The translations under genes and the position numbers were made by a program. A DNA stretch of 36,702 nucleotides from a virus (lineage: Duplodnaviria > Caudoviricetes): positions 1 to 36,702 of the IMG/VR virus record IMGVR_UViG_3300037787_000010; one strand, written 5' to 3'. A model generated the notes under the pieces. That model was not told where the DNA came from. It did not search any database and saw nothing but the letters and a program-made list of their open reading frames with translations. Every line of letters starts with the position of its first letter. Position 1 is the first letter of the stretch. Positions 1-7,990 of this stretch are shown piece after piece.

Positions 1-257
1 TATCGTAGGTAGATTGCCCTTTCATTGCGAACTTACCATTGATAGCGGAGTTGTCGCTCATTTCGTCAATATCCTCTTTTCGGAAGATAAAACCGTTCCT
101 TGCAAGTCCTACCATTTCACGACAGAACCCCCTTGAGTTCTCAGATATATTCCCTGAGTATCTGTATCTCAACTTATAAAGCCCTTTATCACCCCACTTC
201 GAGCGTTCACCTGGATTTGCATAATCTGCGATAGATAGGTTAACTCTACCTATCAAG
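1..257. repeat. Terminal overlap, copy 1 (circular genome signature)
   Basis: 1-257 matches 36446-36702 except at positions 128, 170 and 176; it lies inside the portal ORF. Confidence 0.97.
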
Positions 258-1690
258 TCATCAAGGGTGATATTTTCTTCGTCTTCATGTCCCCCCGCTT
301 TCTCTACACCTACAAGCTCCCATCCGTCCTCTTCCATCTCTTCGATGGTGTGACCGTACTCTGAAAGCCCTTTAGCAAGTGCATCGCCCCAGTCGTCCGT
401 TAGTTCCGGTACTTTTTTTTTATCGGAAAGCTGTACTTTGTCAGGGAACAACTCTTCCGCTGCTACCTCGTCAAATCCAAGCATTGAAACGGCAAGTGAA
501 CGGGCTTGCTTAGGGTCTAACAGCCCTGCGTTATATTGCTCCATCCACATGGTTGCCATTTCCATCTGTCCTTTGTCGTATGAAAGTTCCTTGTCCGTTT
601 CAGCCTCTTCCCCTGCGATTTGCCATTCAGGTACAATGCCCTTCGATTGCAATAGAGGTAAAAGCCCTTTAAGTAGTTGCCTACGCTCAGGGAAGATAAC
701 GTCCTCTTCTATCTGACGTTTACTCTCAGCCATTTCATTAGCGTTATTACCAAGCCCACCACCATCACGAATACCGAACAAGATAGGGTTTGTGATTCTG
801 TGTCCTCTGAGTATCTTATCGGTGCATTCCTTACTTAGAAACTCGTATTGCTTATCAGCATCTGTAAGTGGAAAAGCCTCGAATAATGGGTAAGTTTCAG
901 CACCCGGATTGCTGAACGTAGCCATAAACTTCCCTGCGTTCTTAGAACCTCCTACCTTGTTCTCTATCTGACGTACAATAGCGTTCTGCGCTTCTGTATC
1001 TTCAAGCTCTCCGTTCCTAAAGTTCACAATAAACGAAGGGAAAAGCCCGTTCAAAAGCTGATTGTTATGGTAGATGCCTATCTGTATTTCAGCCTCGATG
1101 TAGTTGATACTACCCTCGTAAGATGGTGAGGGGTAGTACATACTTCCCGGTGTGGTCTTAAAAATGACGAGTACACTCCTTTTCTCCGAGCCTTGAGGGT
1201 CATAAAGCGGCACAGGCTTAGGCTCGTACTTCGCTTTTCTGTACTGCTCCCAATCGCTCGAATACCAAATACCTGTAACCTCTCCGCTATCTTCGTCTGC
1301 AATTCCTAGTCTGCAATTCTCAAAAGGCAAATGTTCAACGGAAACGACCTCATTTCCACTCTTTGCCCTTATCACTTCAAGGTAACAACCCCCTTGTGTG
1401 TAATAATCAAATACGAGCTTATCTAATTGCTCGTTCAGGTCTATTGACCTTAGAGCCTCGCTACCGTTGGCAACGTTGCTCTGAATACCTTTACCAATAA
1501 TCATCTGCACCATCTTGTCGATGACTGCATGATTCGTTGGCGATTCCTTGTAAAGCGATAGCAAGTAGTCAGGATAGTTATTCTTATCCCCGTAGTCTAC
1601 CCACTTACCGTTTGAATTTTCCTTTTCAATCTTAATAGTAGGTTGGTACTCCGCAAGTTGAATAGATGAAATAGCGTTCTTATCCTGCAT
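1..1690 (-). CDS. Portal protein, 5' part; join(1690..1,36445..36204) gives 643 aa
   Basis: Missing from the ORF track because it runs off the end. Manual translation from ATG 1690 is open and in frame with ORF 36204..36701: MQDKNAISSIQLAEY...WVDYGDKNNYPDYLLSLYKESPT...YYPSPSYEG...NGLFPSF...GSKNAGK...GHRITNPILFGIR..GLGNNA, motifs typical of Bacteroidota phage portals. Confidence 0.9.
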   Translation of the reverse strand, partial: MQDKNAISSIQLAEYQPTIKIEKENSNGKWVDYGDKNNYPDYLLSLYKESPTNHAVIDKMVQMIIGKGIQSNVANGSEALRSIDLNEQLDKLVFDYYTQGGCYLEVIRAKSGNEVVSVEHLPFENCRLGIADEDSGEVTGIWYSSDWEQYRKAKYEPKPVPLYDPQGSEKRSVLVIFKTTPGSMYYPSPSYEGSINYIEAEIQIGIYHNNQLLNGLFPSFIVNFRNGELEDTEAQNAIVRQIENKVGGSKNAGKFMATFSNPGAETYPLFEAFPLTDADKQYEFLSKECTDKILRGHRITNPILFGIRDGGGLGNNANEMAESKRQIEEDVIFPERRQLLKGLLPLLQSKGIVPEWQIAGEEAETDKELSYDKGQMEMATMWMEQYNAGLLDPKQARSLAVSMLGFDEVAAEELFPDKVQLSDKKKVPELTDDWGDALAKGLSEYGHTIEEMEEDGWELVGVEKAGGHEDEENITLDDLIGRVNLSIADYANPGERSKWGDKGLYKLRYRYSGNISENSRGFCREMVGLARNGFIFRKEDIDEMSDNSAINGKFAMKGQSTYD

Positions 1691-2093
1691 AACTTTGAAT
1701 TGTCGGAGTTGGTGTATTTCCGTTGTTTATTAGTGAGGCTGTATCTGTAAAGCGAAGATAACCCCTTTCGACCTCGCCCACTACACTGCTATCCATCGGG
1801 TCTAAATTAGTATCTGAATTCTGTCCGTAGATAATATACGTGAAAAAGCCCTCGATGTTAGATGGTACTAATATATTCCCGTTTGTAGGGTCATCGTCAT
1901 CCGTATCAATAAGGAACGATGAGTATCTGTAATTATCCTCTTCTACATTAGCGATAAAAGCATAGTCCACATCTCCGAAGTTTTGGTAAAACACAACAAG
2001 GTAGTCTGTAAAGGATTCATCCAATAACATTCTACCCTCATACGCTGTTACACGTATCTTCTGTGATGCGGTGTTAGCTGCTAAGTATATCAT
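1680..2093 (-). CDS. Putative virion structural protein (137 aa)
   Basis: Acidic, beta-rich ORF between tail tube and portal; its 3' end overlaps the portal start. Confidence 0.6.
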   Translation of the reverse strand: MIYLAANTASQKIRVTAYEGRMLLDESFTDYLVVFYQNFGDVDYAFIANVEEDNYRYSSFLIDTDDDDPTNGNILVPSNIEGFFTYIIYGQNSDTNLDPMDSSVVGEVERGYLRFTDTASLINNGNTPTPTIQSYAG

Positions 2094-2097
2094 AGGA

Positions 2098-2125
2098 AAT
2101 AAAGGGGGCTATTACACCCCCTTTT
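2098..2125 (-). terminator. Intrinsic terminator after tail tube gene
   Basis: Minus strand AAAGGGGG-TGTAATAG-CCCCCTTT followed by ATTT. Confidence 0.7.
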
Positions 2126-2126
2126 A

Positions 2127-2696
2127 TTAAGTTGCGTAAGCTGGGTCTACGGTAACTGTACCGAAGTTGTCAAAAGGATTCGTGGTGTATGCTTCAAGGA
2201 ATGGAGCAGATTCCGGTTCATCACCTGTGAAAGTGATGGTATAACCGCTCATGTCTCCAAGTGCCGTACCCGATCCCGACTCTCCGTTAGTGATGTCAAG
2301 ACCGTTCTGAAGTCCAAGGGCGATAAGCTGATTTGAACCACCGTTAACGCTCTCGTTTCTACGTACAAACATTACTACTCTGTTGCGTCCTACGGCTTCA
2401 AAGATTTCCTTACGCTTCGCAGAGGTAAGGTTCTTTATTACTATGTTAGCCGTCTGCACAAAGTGAACGCTTCCCGCATCTTCATAAGTAAGAACGTCTG
2501 TATAAGACGAAAGGTTCTTATCAAGCTCATAACGGTAAACCGTCATAGTAGGGAGCGCATCTATTTCGAGAGTAGTTCCATCGTAAGTAACATCACCCGG
2601 TATAACGTCAGAAAGAGGCACAAGGAAAATCTCCTTTAACCCTCCTGAATCAGTCTTACACCCTAACTCAAAGCCTGTTGTTAAATTACATGCCAT
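2127..2696 (-). CDS. Major tail (tube) protein, 189 aa; start re-called to MACNLTTG
   Basis: MAC.L..G...C....GG N-terminus and G...GD.SGY..TF.G.E C-terminus; directly after the capsid gene. The track start (2720) lies inside a terminator hairpin. Confidence 0.7.
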   Translation of the reverse strand: MACNLTTGFELGCKTDSGGLKEIFLVPLSDVIPGDVTYDGTTLEIDALPTMTVYRYELDKNLSSYTDVLTYEDAGSVHFVQTANIVIKNLTSAKRKEIFEAVGRNRVVMFVRRNESVNGGSNQLIALGLQNGLDITNGESGSGTALGDMSGYTITFTGDEPESAPFLEAYTTNPFDNFGTVTVDPAYAT

Positions 2697-2709
2697 ATTA
2701 TTGAGTATT

Positions 2710-2729
2710 AAAGGGGGCAAAAGCCCCCG
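2710..2729 (-). terminator. Terminator/attenuator hairpin after capsid gene
   Basis: Minus strand GGGGGC-TTTT-GCCCCC-TTT. Confidence 0.65.
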
Positions 2730-2735
2730 TTATTA

Positions 2736-3665
2736 TTACGATTCGATGTTCTCTCCTGCGAGTACAATCTGACTTTCATTAGTCACCTGTGTACCGCCTG
2801 AATAACCTGCTGCGATTCTAACGTTGTTATCGCCCAAAGTCTGAGCAGTATCAACAATTTGCAAGTAAGTTTCATCACTTACTAGGTTAGTACCGAAGTG
2901 AAGGTTATCACGCTGAGCAGCTACAATGAAGTTATCAGGAATACCAGTTGCGACTGTTACCTTATAACCGTCAAATCTAAGCTCAGGAGTGTTACCGTAC
3001 TCAAATCCGTTGAAGTCGTTAGAAACATAAGTTCTATACAGTGCCAGAGTCTTAGGGTTCACGAAGAACTCAACTTCATCGTAAAGACCGATAAGTTCAG
3101 CAGGAAGTTTATCCCTAACCTTACCCATCTCAGTGCCTACATTAGAAGCTGTGAGAGTGTCAATATTCTGCTTAAGCGTTCCCGCAAGACCATCAAGAAC
3201 AGTCAATAGACCGTTAAAGCTAGTGTAGCTTGATGTGAATGAACCTGTATCAAGGTTTCCCTGCCATAGGTTAAGCTCGATAATTTTAGAAATTTGACCT
3301 CCCGCTTGTTCTTGGAAAGCCATCCACCAATCGTTAGGGATTTGCGCATCTCTATAATTACCACTACCCGTTTGGTCTTCTAGCCAAGTTGAGAAGAAAG
3401 TCTCCTTGCAGATAGTCATGTTAGTCATCAGCCTAGTAGGTGTGATTACACGCTCTACTGTTGCTGACGTTCCTGCATTGTTGTAGTCACAAGCATAAGC
3501 CTGAACGATGTCCTCATCTACTGTGAGAATTGGAATGTTCTTCTTATACCTTACACCCTCATGGATGTTAATAAGCCCATTTCTAAGGGTTGGTGCAGCT
3601 AGAAGTGTAGGCTTCATTATCTCGCCCGGCTTCCCTGCATAATTTGATGTCCAAGTTGTTGCCAT
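2736..3665 (-). CDS. Major capsid protein (309 aa)
   Basis: Size, position after the scaffold gene, motifs IELNLWQG, FNGLL, NLHFGT.L.SD. Confidence 0.85.
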   Translation of the reverse strand: MATTWTSNYAGKPGEIMKPTLLAAPTLRNGLINIHEGVRYKKNIPILTVDEDIVQAYACDYNNAGTSATVERVITPTRLMTNMTICKETFFSTWLEDQTGSGNYRDAQIPNDWWMAFQEQAGGQISKIIELNLWQGNLDTGSFTSSYTSFNGLLTVLDGLAGTLKQNIDTLTASNVGTEMGKVRDKLPAELIGLYDEVEFFVNPKTLALYRTYVSNDFNGFEYGNTPELRFDGYKVTVATGIPDNFIVAAQRDNLHFGTNLVSDETYLQIVDTAQTLGDNNVRIAAGYSGGTQVTNESQIVLAGENIES

Positions 3666-3671
3666 TTCTTT

Positions 3672-4325
3672 TTACTTTGATTTTGGAAGTAACTCAGGAT
3701 ATTCTCTAGTGAGCCTGATGTAATCCTTTGTTGGCATATTGGCAATTTCCTCAGCCGACAGAGTTACGGGTTCTTTTTTAACTGTTTCTTTTTTCACGGA
3801 TTTAACCGCAGGTGTAGCCTCTAACTCCGCTTCGAGTTCGGCACTTTTCGCCTTCTCAGCAGATAACTCCGCTTCGAGTGCTTCTGCTTTTTCAGTAGAG
3901 AGTTTACTCTCCTTTGAAACCTCAGACAAGCCTTCTTGAAGGATGGATAGGATTTCACCAAAGTCTTTTTTGAGTTCTGCAAATTCAGATCGGGTAACGG
4001 GCGCATCTTCATCGCTCATTTCCTCTTCTTCTACTTCTGCTTCTTGGATGGATTCTACAGCACCTTCGGACACGACTACCACTGTGCCGTCCTCAAGTTT
4101 GTGTTCACCATCAGGAGCGGGTAAGATTTCTTCCCCCTCTTTTACGAATACAGAAGCACCGACTGCAAACTCGTCAGCATCGGTATAGACTACCGTGCCA
4201 TCTTCCTTGACTGCTTCCGCAGCAAGTTTAACAGGTTCAACTTCTTTTTCCTTACCTAGAAAAGTGTTAATCTTCTCAGCAAGGGTTGAAAGTGTCACCT
4301 TTAAGTCTGTTTTTTTCTCTTCCAT
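3672..4325 (-). CDS. Capsid scaffolding protein (217 aa)
   Basis: Very acidic coiled coil with PAPDGEHKLEDG motif; immediately upstream of the capsid gene. Confidence 0.75.
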   Translation of the reverse strand: MEEKKTDLKVTLSTLAEKINTFLGKEKEVEPVKLAAEAVKEDGTVVYTDADEFAVGASVFVKEGEEILPAPDGEHKLEDGTVVVVSEGAVESIQEAEVEEEEMSDEDAPVTRSEFAELKKDFGEILSILQEGLSEVSKESKLSTEKAEALEAELSAEKAKSAELEAELEATPAVKSVKKETVKKEPVTLSAEEIANMPTKDYIRLTREYPELLPKSK

Positions 4326-4398
4326 TATTAAGGTGTTTCTTTATAAGTGGATTTTTTCGCTCGGAATTTGGTAAAGTGGATAACTTTTTTTTACTTGC

Positions 4399-5316
4399 AT
4401 GAAAATTAAACGAGTAACTATGACGATAGAACAAGCAAAACAGCACTTCGAGAACATTGGGATTAAAGAGGGCGATGAATTGAGATGCGCTTTTGTAGAT
4501 TCGGATAAAGCAGTTTTTGGTAGTTGGGAATGGTCTGAATTAGAGGTTGTGGATGATGGTTCTGTACTTACAAAGAATTGTGTTGCGAAATACGATGAAG
4601 ATTTTGGGTATTACAGTAATCATTTATGGCTCTACCATGCTAGAACAAATAAATTTGCAACACCTGTAAACCAAGAGAGCGAACTAGATTTCCTTTTAAA
4701 CAATTTCCAAACGCAAGGCACAGAGGACTGGCACGGCGTTAGAGTGGGAAAATTCACCTCATCAGTTATTTACAAGCTACTGACCTCATCACGTAAGAAA
4801 GATGAAGTGTTCGGTGATACGTCAAAGTCCTACATTTACGAAAAGGCAGCGGAACGGCTTAGCGGTGTTTCATGCGATAACTTTGATGGGAATGATGCGA
4901 CTAGATGGGGCGAAGAACACGAGGACGAGGCAGCAAAGGAGTTCGAGCGTGTAACAGGCTTAAAAACTGCCTTAGCGTCGTTTATATCCTCAACACCTTA
5001 TTCAGGTGGTAGTATTGATAGATGGGTAGGCAAGGATAAGAAAGCCATTGCAGAGATTAAATGTCCTTACAACTCAGCTAACTTCATGAAAGTGGTTGAC
5101 GGTTACGTAGACCCTAAGTATTACGCTCAGATGCAACACAACATGTTAGTCACTAAGACGGACAAGTGTTACTACATCAACTATGACCCGCGTATGCCTG
5201 AAGGTAAGCGACTGACTTACAAGATTATCGAAAGGGATGCGGAATTTATTGCTAACTTAGAGGAGCGAATTAAGTTGGCTAATAAGGAAGTTGATAGGAT
5301 ATTGGGGTTGGTGTAA
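4399..5316 (+). CDS. YqaJ/lambda-exonuclease family protein with an extra N-terminal domain of about 95 aa
   Basis: QGTEDW..R.G.FTSS, RWG..HE..A, GSID, EIKCP, YYAQMQ..M, YDPR motifs; start may be 4420 (MTIEQ). Confidence 0.88.
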   Translation: MKIKRVTMTIEQAKQHFENIGIKEGDELRCAFVDSDKAVFGSWEWSELEVVDDGSVLTKNCVAKYDEDFGYYSNHLWLYHARTNKFATPVNQESELDFLLNNFQTQGTEDWHGVRVGKFTSSVIYKLLTSSRKKDEVFGDTSKSYIYEKAAERLSGVSCDNFDGNDATRWGEEHEDEAAKEFERVTGLKTALASFISSTPYSGGSIDRWVGKDKKAIAEIKCPYNSANFMKVVDGYVDPKYYAQMQHNMLVTKTDKCYYINYDPRMPEGKRLTYKIIERDAEFIANLEERIKLANKEVDRILGLV

Positions 5317-5411
5317 CGGCCAAGTATAAAAATTGGCCGCCACTACAAGCGCTGAAATTATGCACTGGCTTTTCAGCGGCTTGTTTTTATACATTGTTGT
5401 AGCTAGTGCCT
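5314..5411. mobile_element. attC-like hairpin, cassette 1
   Basis: TAAC-ggccaa-GTATAAAAA-ttgGCCGC...GCGGC-ttg-TTTTTATAC-att-GTTG, then TAGCTAGTGCCT. Confidence 0.75.
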
Positions 5412-5428
5412 TAAACGAAAATTTAATT

Positions 5429-5728
5429 ATGAAAACTGGAATTGAATTGATTGCCGAAGAAAGGCAGCGACAAATTGAAAAAGAAGGATGGACTGCCGAA
5501 CACGATGCAGAACATAAAGAAGGTGAACTTGCTAATGCAGCAGCTTATTACGCAATGACCGAAGATACCATTGATTTTATAGACAATGAATGGGGTAATG
5601 ATATGCACTTACATATATGGCCTTTTGAACTTAAATGGCTAAAACGAACGCCTGAAAATCGTGTGCGAGAACTTCAAAAAGCTGGTGCATTGATAGCTGC
5701 CGAAATTGATAGACTGAACTCTCTTTAG
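5429..5728 (+). CDS. Cassette 1 cargo: widespread phage alpha-helical protein (99 aa)
   Basis: ERQRQ..EGW..EHD..H..GELA.AA..YA...WP....R.R.L.KA.ALI.AEI.R pattern; ATG 5429 follows an A-rich leader, whereas the track start 5333 is inside the hairpin. Confidence 0.85.
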   Translation: MKTGIELIAEERQRQIEKEGWTAEHDAEHKEGELANAAAYYAMTEDTIDFIDNEWGNDMHLHIWPFELKWLKRTPENRVRELQKAGALIAAEIDRLNSL

Positions 5729-5739
5729 GCATTGGCTAC

Positions 5740-5819
5740 AACTAGGGTATATACGCTATAAATATGCTTATAACAAACACCATCATAAATGTTATACGAG
5801 AGAAACAATACTCTTTATG
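5740..5819. repeat. 80-bp attI-like element, copy 1
   Basis: AACTAGGGTATATACGCTATAAATATGCTTATAACAAACACCATCATAAATGTTATACGAGAGAAACAATACTCTTTATG; 75/80 identical to copy 3 and 62/80 to copy 2 (hand alignment). Confidence 0.9.
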
Positions 5820-6023
5820 AAACCACTAACAATAATATCCCTCTGCGCTTTTTCCGTATATTGCGGTCATGAGTTCACTCATCGTAAAACAGTTAAGCAG
5901 ATTCAGAAGCTCGAAAAAGAATACCAGGAGCGCATTGAAAAGGCTGAAGGTAAACACGCAACATTGCAAGGTCTGCACCGTGAACACATCGACAAGTGCA
6001 GGTTCAATCACTACAATAAATAA
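5817..6023 (+). CDS. Small protein with N-terminal hydrophobic segment and coiled coil (68 aa)
   Basis: ATG is supplied by the 80-bp element. Confidence 0.65.
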   Translation: MKPLTIISLCAFSVYCGHEFTHRKTVKQIQKLEKEYQERIEKAEGKHATLQGLHREHIDKCRFNHYNK

Positions 6024-6026
6024 CCT

Positions 6027-6917
6027 ATGCTAATAAAAGCAAAGAGGCACGGAAAGAACGTGCATGAGTTCAGAGTATTCAAAGAGCATGAGTTCTTCCT
6101 TATCTCTGACGTCCATTGGGATAACCCCAAGTGTGACCGTAAGCTACTTAAAAAGCATTTAGACGAAGCGGTAAAGCGTAACGCAACTATCCTTATCAAT
6201 GGCGACCTGTTTTGCCTTATGCAAGGTAAAGGCGATAAGCGAGGTAGTAAAGACGACATTCGACCTGAGCATAACAACGGCAAGTATTTTGACAGTATTG
6301 TTGAAACTGCCGTTGATTGGTTTGCACCTTACGCTCATCACATTGGAATGATCGGGTACGGTAATCACGAAACAGGGATAATAAAATACGGTGAAACCGA
6401 TGTACTTCAAAGGTTCGTTGACCTACTGAACTACAAGGAAAAGAGCGAAGTGCAAGTAGGTGGTTACGGCGGGTTTATATCTATCCCGGTATCACGTAGG
6501 AAAAACGGTAAGTCACCAAGGCTTTTCAATATCCACTATTATCACGGTACAGGAGGCGGTGGAGTAGTGACTAAAGGAGTTATTCAGAACAACCGCGTTG
6601 CCACATTCATCAGAGGCGTGGACATGATATGGCAAGGTCACGTACATGAATACTACCATCACGTTGATATGGTAAGTAGATTAGACACTAAAGGGGGTAC
6701 AGGCTGTTATTCAATAAGACAAGAGAAACTACACCACCTTAGAACACCATGTTACAAGGAAGAGTACAAGGACGGTAGTAAGGGATGGCACGTGATGAGA
6801 GGCGCACCACCAAAGCCGTTAGGAGGTGCTTGGCTGAAAGTCAAGTTTAAGATTAGAACTGAGGACGGAAGAGATATTGAATTTGTAGAAACTGAAATAA
6901 GGTCTGAACTATCATAA
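6027..6917 (+). CDS. Calcineurin-like metallophosphoesterase (296 aa)
   Basis: SDVH, NGD, GNHE, HG and GHVH motifs in canonical order. Confidence 0.9.
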   Translation: MLIKAKRHGKNVHEFRVFKEHEFFLISDVHWDNPKCDRKLLKKHLDEAVKRNATILINGDLFCLMQGKGDKRGSKDDIRPEHNNGKYFDSIVETAVDWFAPYAHHIGMIGYGNHETGIIKYGETDVLQRFVDLLNYKEKSEVQVGGYGGFISIPVSRRKNGKSPRLFNIHYYHGTGGGGVVTKGVIQNNRVATFIRGVDMIWQGHVHEYYHHVDMVSRLDTKGGTGCYSIRQEKLHHLRTPCYKEEYKDGSKGWHVMRGAPPKPLGGAWLKVKFKIRTEDGRDIEFVETEIRSELS

Positions 6918-6927
6918 AACAACGAAA

Positions 6928-7524
6928 ATGAAAAGATACACCACCCTTTTAATGCTTATCCTATCGCTAAACGGATTCAGTCAGATAGGAATACTCGACA
7001 TCTTAGAGTTAAACGCCAATTTCGGACAACCTATTCCCGATGTTCAGCCCGATTTCTTTGGGTATTATCAGGACATCACGGGAGGCTTTGACAGCTTTAC
7101 TAACGAATCAAACGTGCAAGGGGTAGATATTACCCCGGATGATACGCAATACACCTTTATATGGCGGTTAAAAGCGTGTGAGGACTGCGAACCTTATGCT
7201 GAATACTTTGGTTATGAGATACCTTTTAATGAAATGTTTGCTCAAAAAGGCATTTGTGAGGGCGGTTTTTGGGTTACGTTAGTCTGTCAGCACGAAGATG
7301 GGGCGCAATTTGAGAACACTAAACCCGTTTGGGCGTTTTGGGGAGGCGTTGACTACCTTGATTGTGAGTTCGGAGTAGGTCTATTCGACCATTTTAACTA
7401 CCCTTTACGTCCGAAATACTCTGCTTACCAGTACCAAACCTCTTACAGCTATTGGGATTTCAACCAAAATAACGTTAGAGATACAGCGGATTTAATAAAA
7501 CTTTTGGAATTGTACGGTCAATAG
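6928..7524 (+). CDS. Secreted protein with C-terminal dockerin/EF-hand-like motif (198 aa)
   Basis: Signal peptide MKRYTTLLMLILSLNGFS-Q; C-terminus DFNQNNVRDTADLIKLLELYG. Confidence 0.65.
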   Translation: MKRYTTLLMLILSLNGFSQIGILDILELNANFGQPIPDVQPDFFGYYQDITGGFDSFTNESNVQGVDITPDDTQYTFIWRLKACEDCEPYAEYFGYEIPFNEMFAQKGICEGGFWVTLVCQHEDGAQFENTKPVWAFWGGVDYLDCEFGVGLFDHFNYPLRPKYSAYQYQTSYSYWDFNQNNVRDTADLIKLLELYGQ

Positions 7525-7555
7525 TTGCGTAAGTCATTCCTAATTGTTAGATTTG
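7525..7555 (+). promoter_or_regulatory. Bacteroidota sigma70-type promoter
   Basis: TTG-N20-TAGATTTG. Confidence 0.75.
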
Positions 7556-7578
7556 CTTAAACGTTAAAAACAGAACAA

Positions 7579-7890
7579 ATGATTGAAATTGTAAAAGGAG
7601 TAGAGCCGAAAAAAGTTTTATCACTTAGTGAGGCGAATATTCAGAACGAGGATATTATCGGTTACATTAAAGACGGTAATAAGGGGATTTTTCAGACTAA
7701 AGGGTTTATTGGTAATTATTCACCTATTTGCGCTTATAATCATAGCTTTATCTACCAAAACGGATACAATTCTTATGAAAGAAAAAGCCTTTATGAAAGT
7801 GTGGCAGATTTCTTAAACGGAATGGGTGGCGAACTTAAAATATACAAATTCGACAATATCAAAGAATTATTTGCATGGTTAGCTGAATAA
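7579..7890 (+). CDS. Hypothetical protein (103 aa)
   Basis: ORF with A-rich leader downstream of a promoter. Confidence 0.75.
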   Translation: MIEIVKGVEPKKVLSLSEANIQNEDIIGYIKDGNKGIFQTKGFIGNYSPICAYNHSFIYQNGYNSYERKSLYESVADFLNGMGGELKIYKFDNIKELFAWLAE

Positions 7891-7901
7891 CCATATATTT
7901 G
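7870..7901 (+). promoter_or_regulatory. Bacteroidota sigma70-type promoter
   Basis: TTTG-N20-TATATTTG. Confidence 0.75.
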
Positions 7902-7906
7902 ATGTG

Positions 7907-7979
7907 TGGAAACGTTCACGCTTGGTAATAGTTAATTGTTTTGGTTTAATCCCTCGTTAGAAATAGCGGGGGATTTTTT
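7907..7979 (+). ncRNA. Candidate small RNA of about 70 nt
   Basis: Consensus promoter immediately followed by an ORF-less U-rich tract and a terminator. Confidence 0.45.
7948..7979 (+). terminator. Intrinsic terminator
   Basis: AATCCCTCGTTA-GAAA-TAGCGGGGGATT-TTTT. Confidence 0.8.
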
Positions 7980-7990
7980 ATATTAGTCGC

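Noticed and set aside
438-1302. Track ORFs 438-716 (+) and 1078-1302 (-)
   Set aside because: Shadow frames within the portal gene.
5333-5428. N-terminal extensions of track ORFs starting at 5333, 31428 and 31687
   Set aside because: They translate the att-like DNA elements; better ATGs with A-rich leaders lie at 5429, 31464 and 31759.
5314-5742. Cassettes as IS elements, MITEs or plain terminators
   Set aside because: No transposase or target duplication beyond AAC; arms differ per cassette; hairpins lack a U-tail and precede the gene; the conserved 80-bp element is on one side only.
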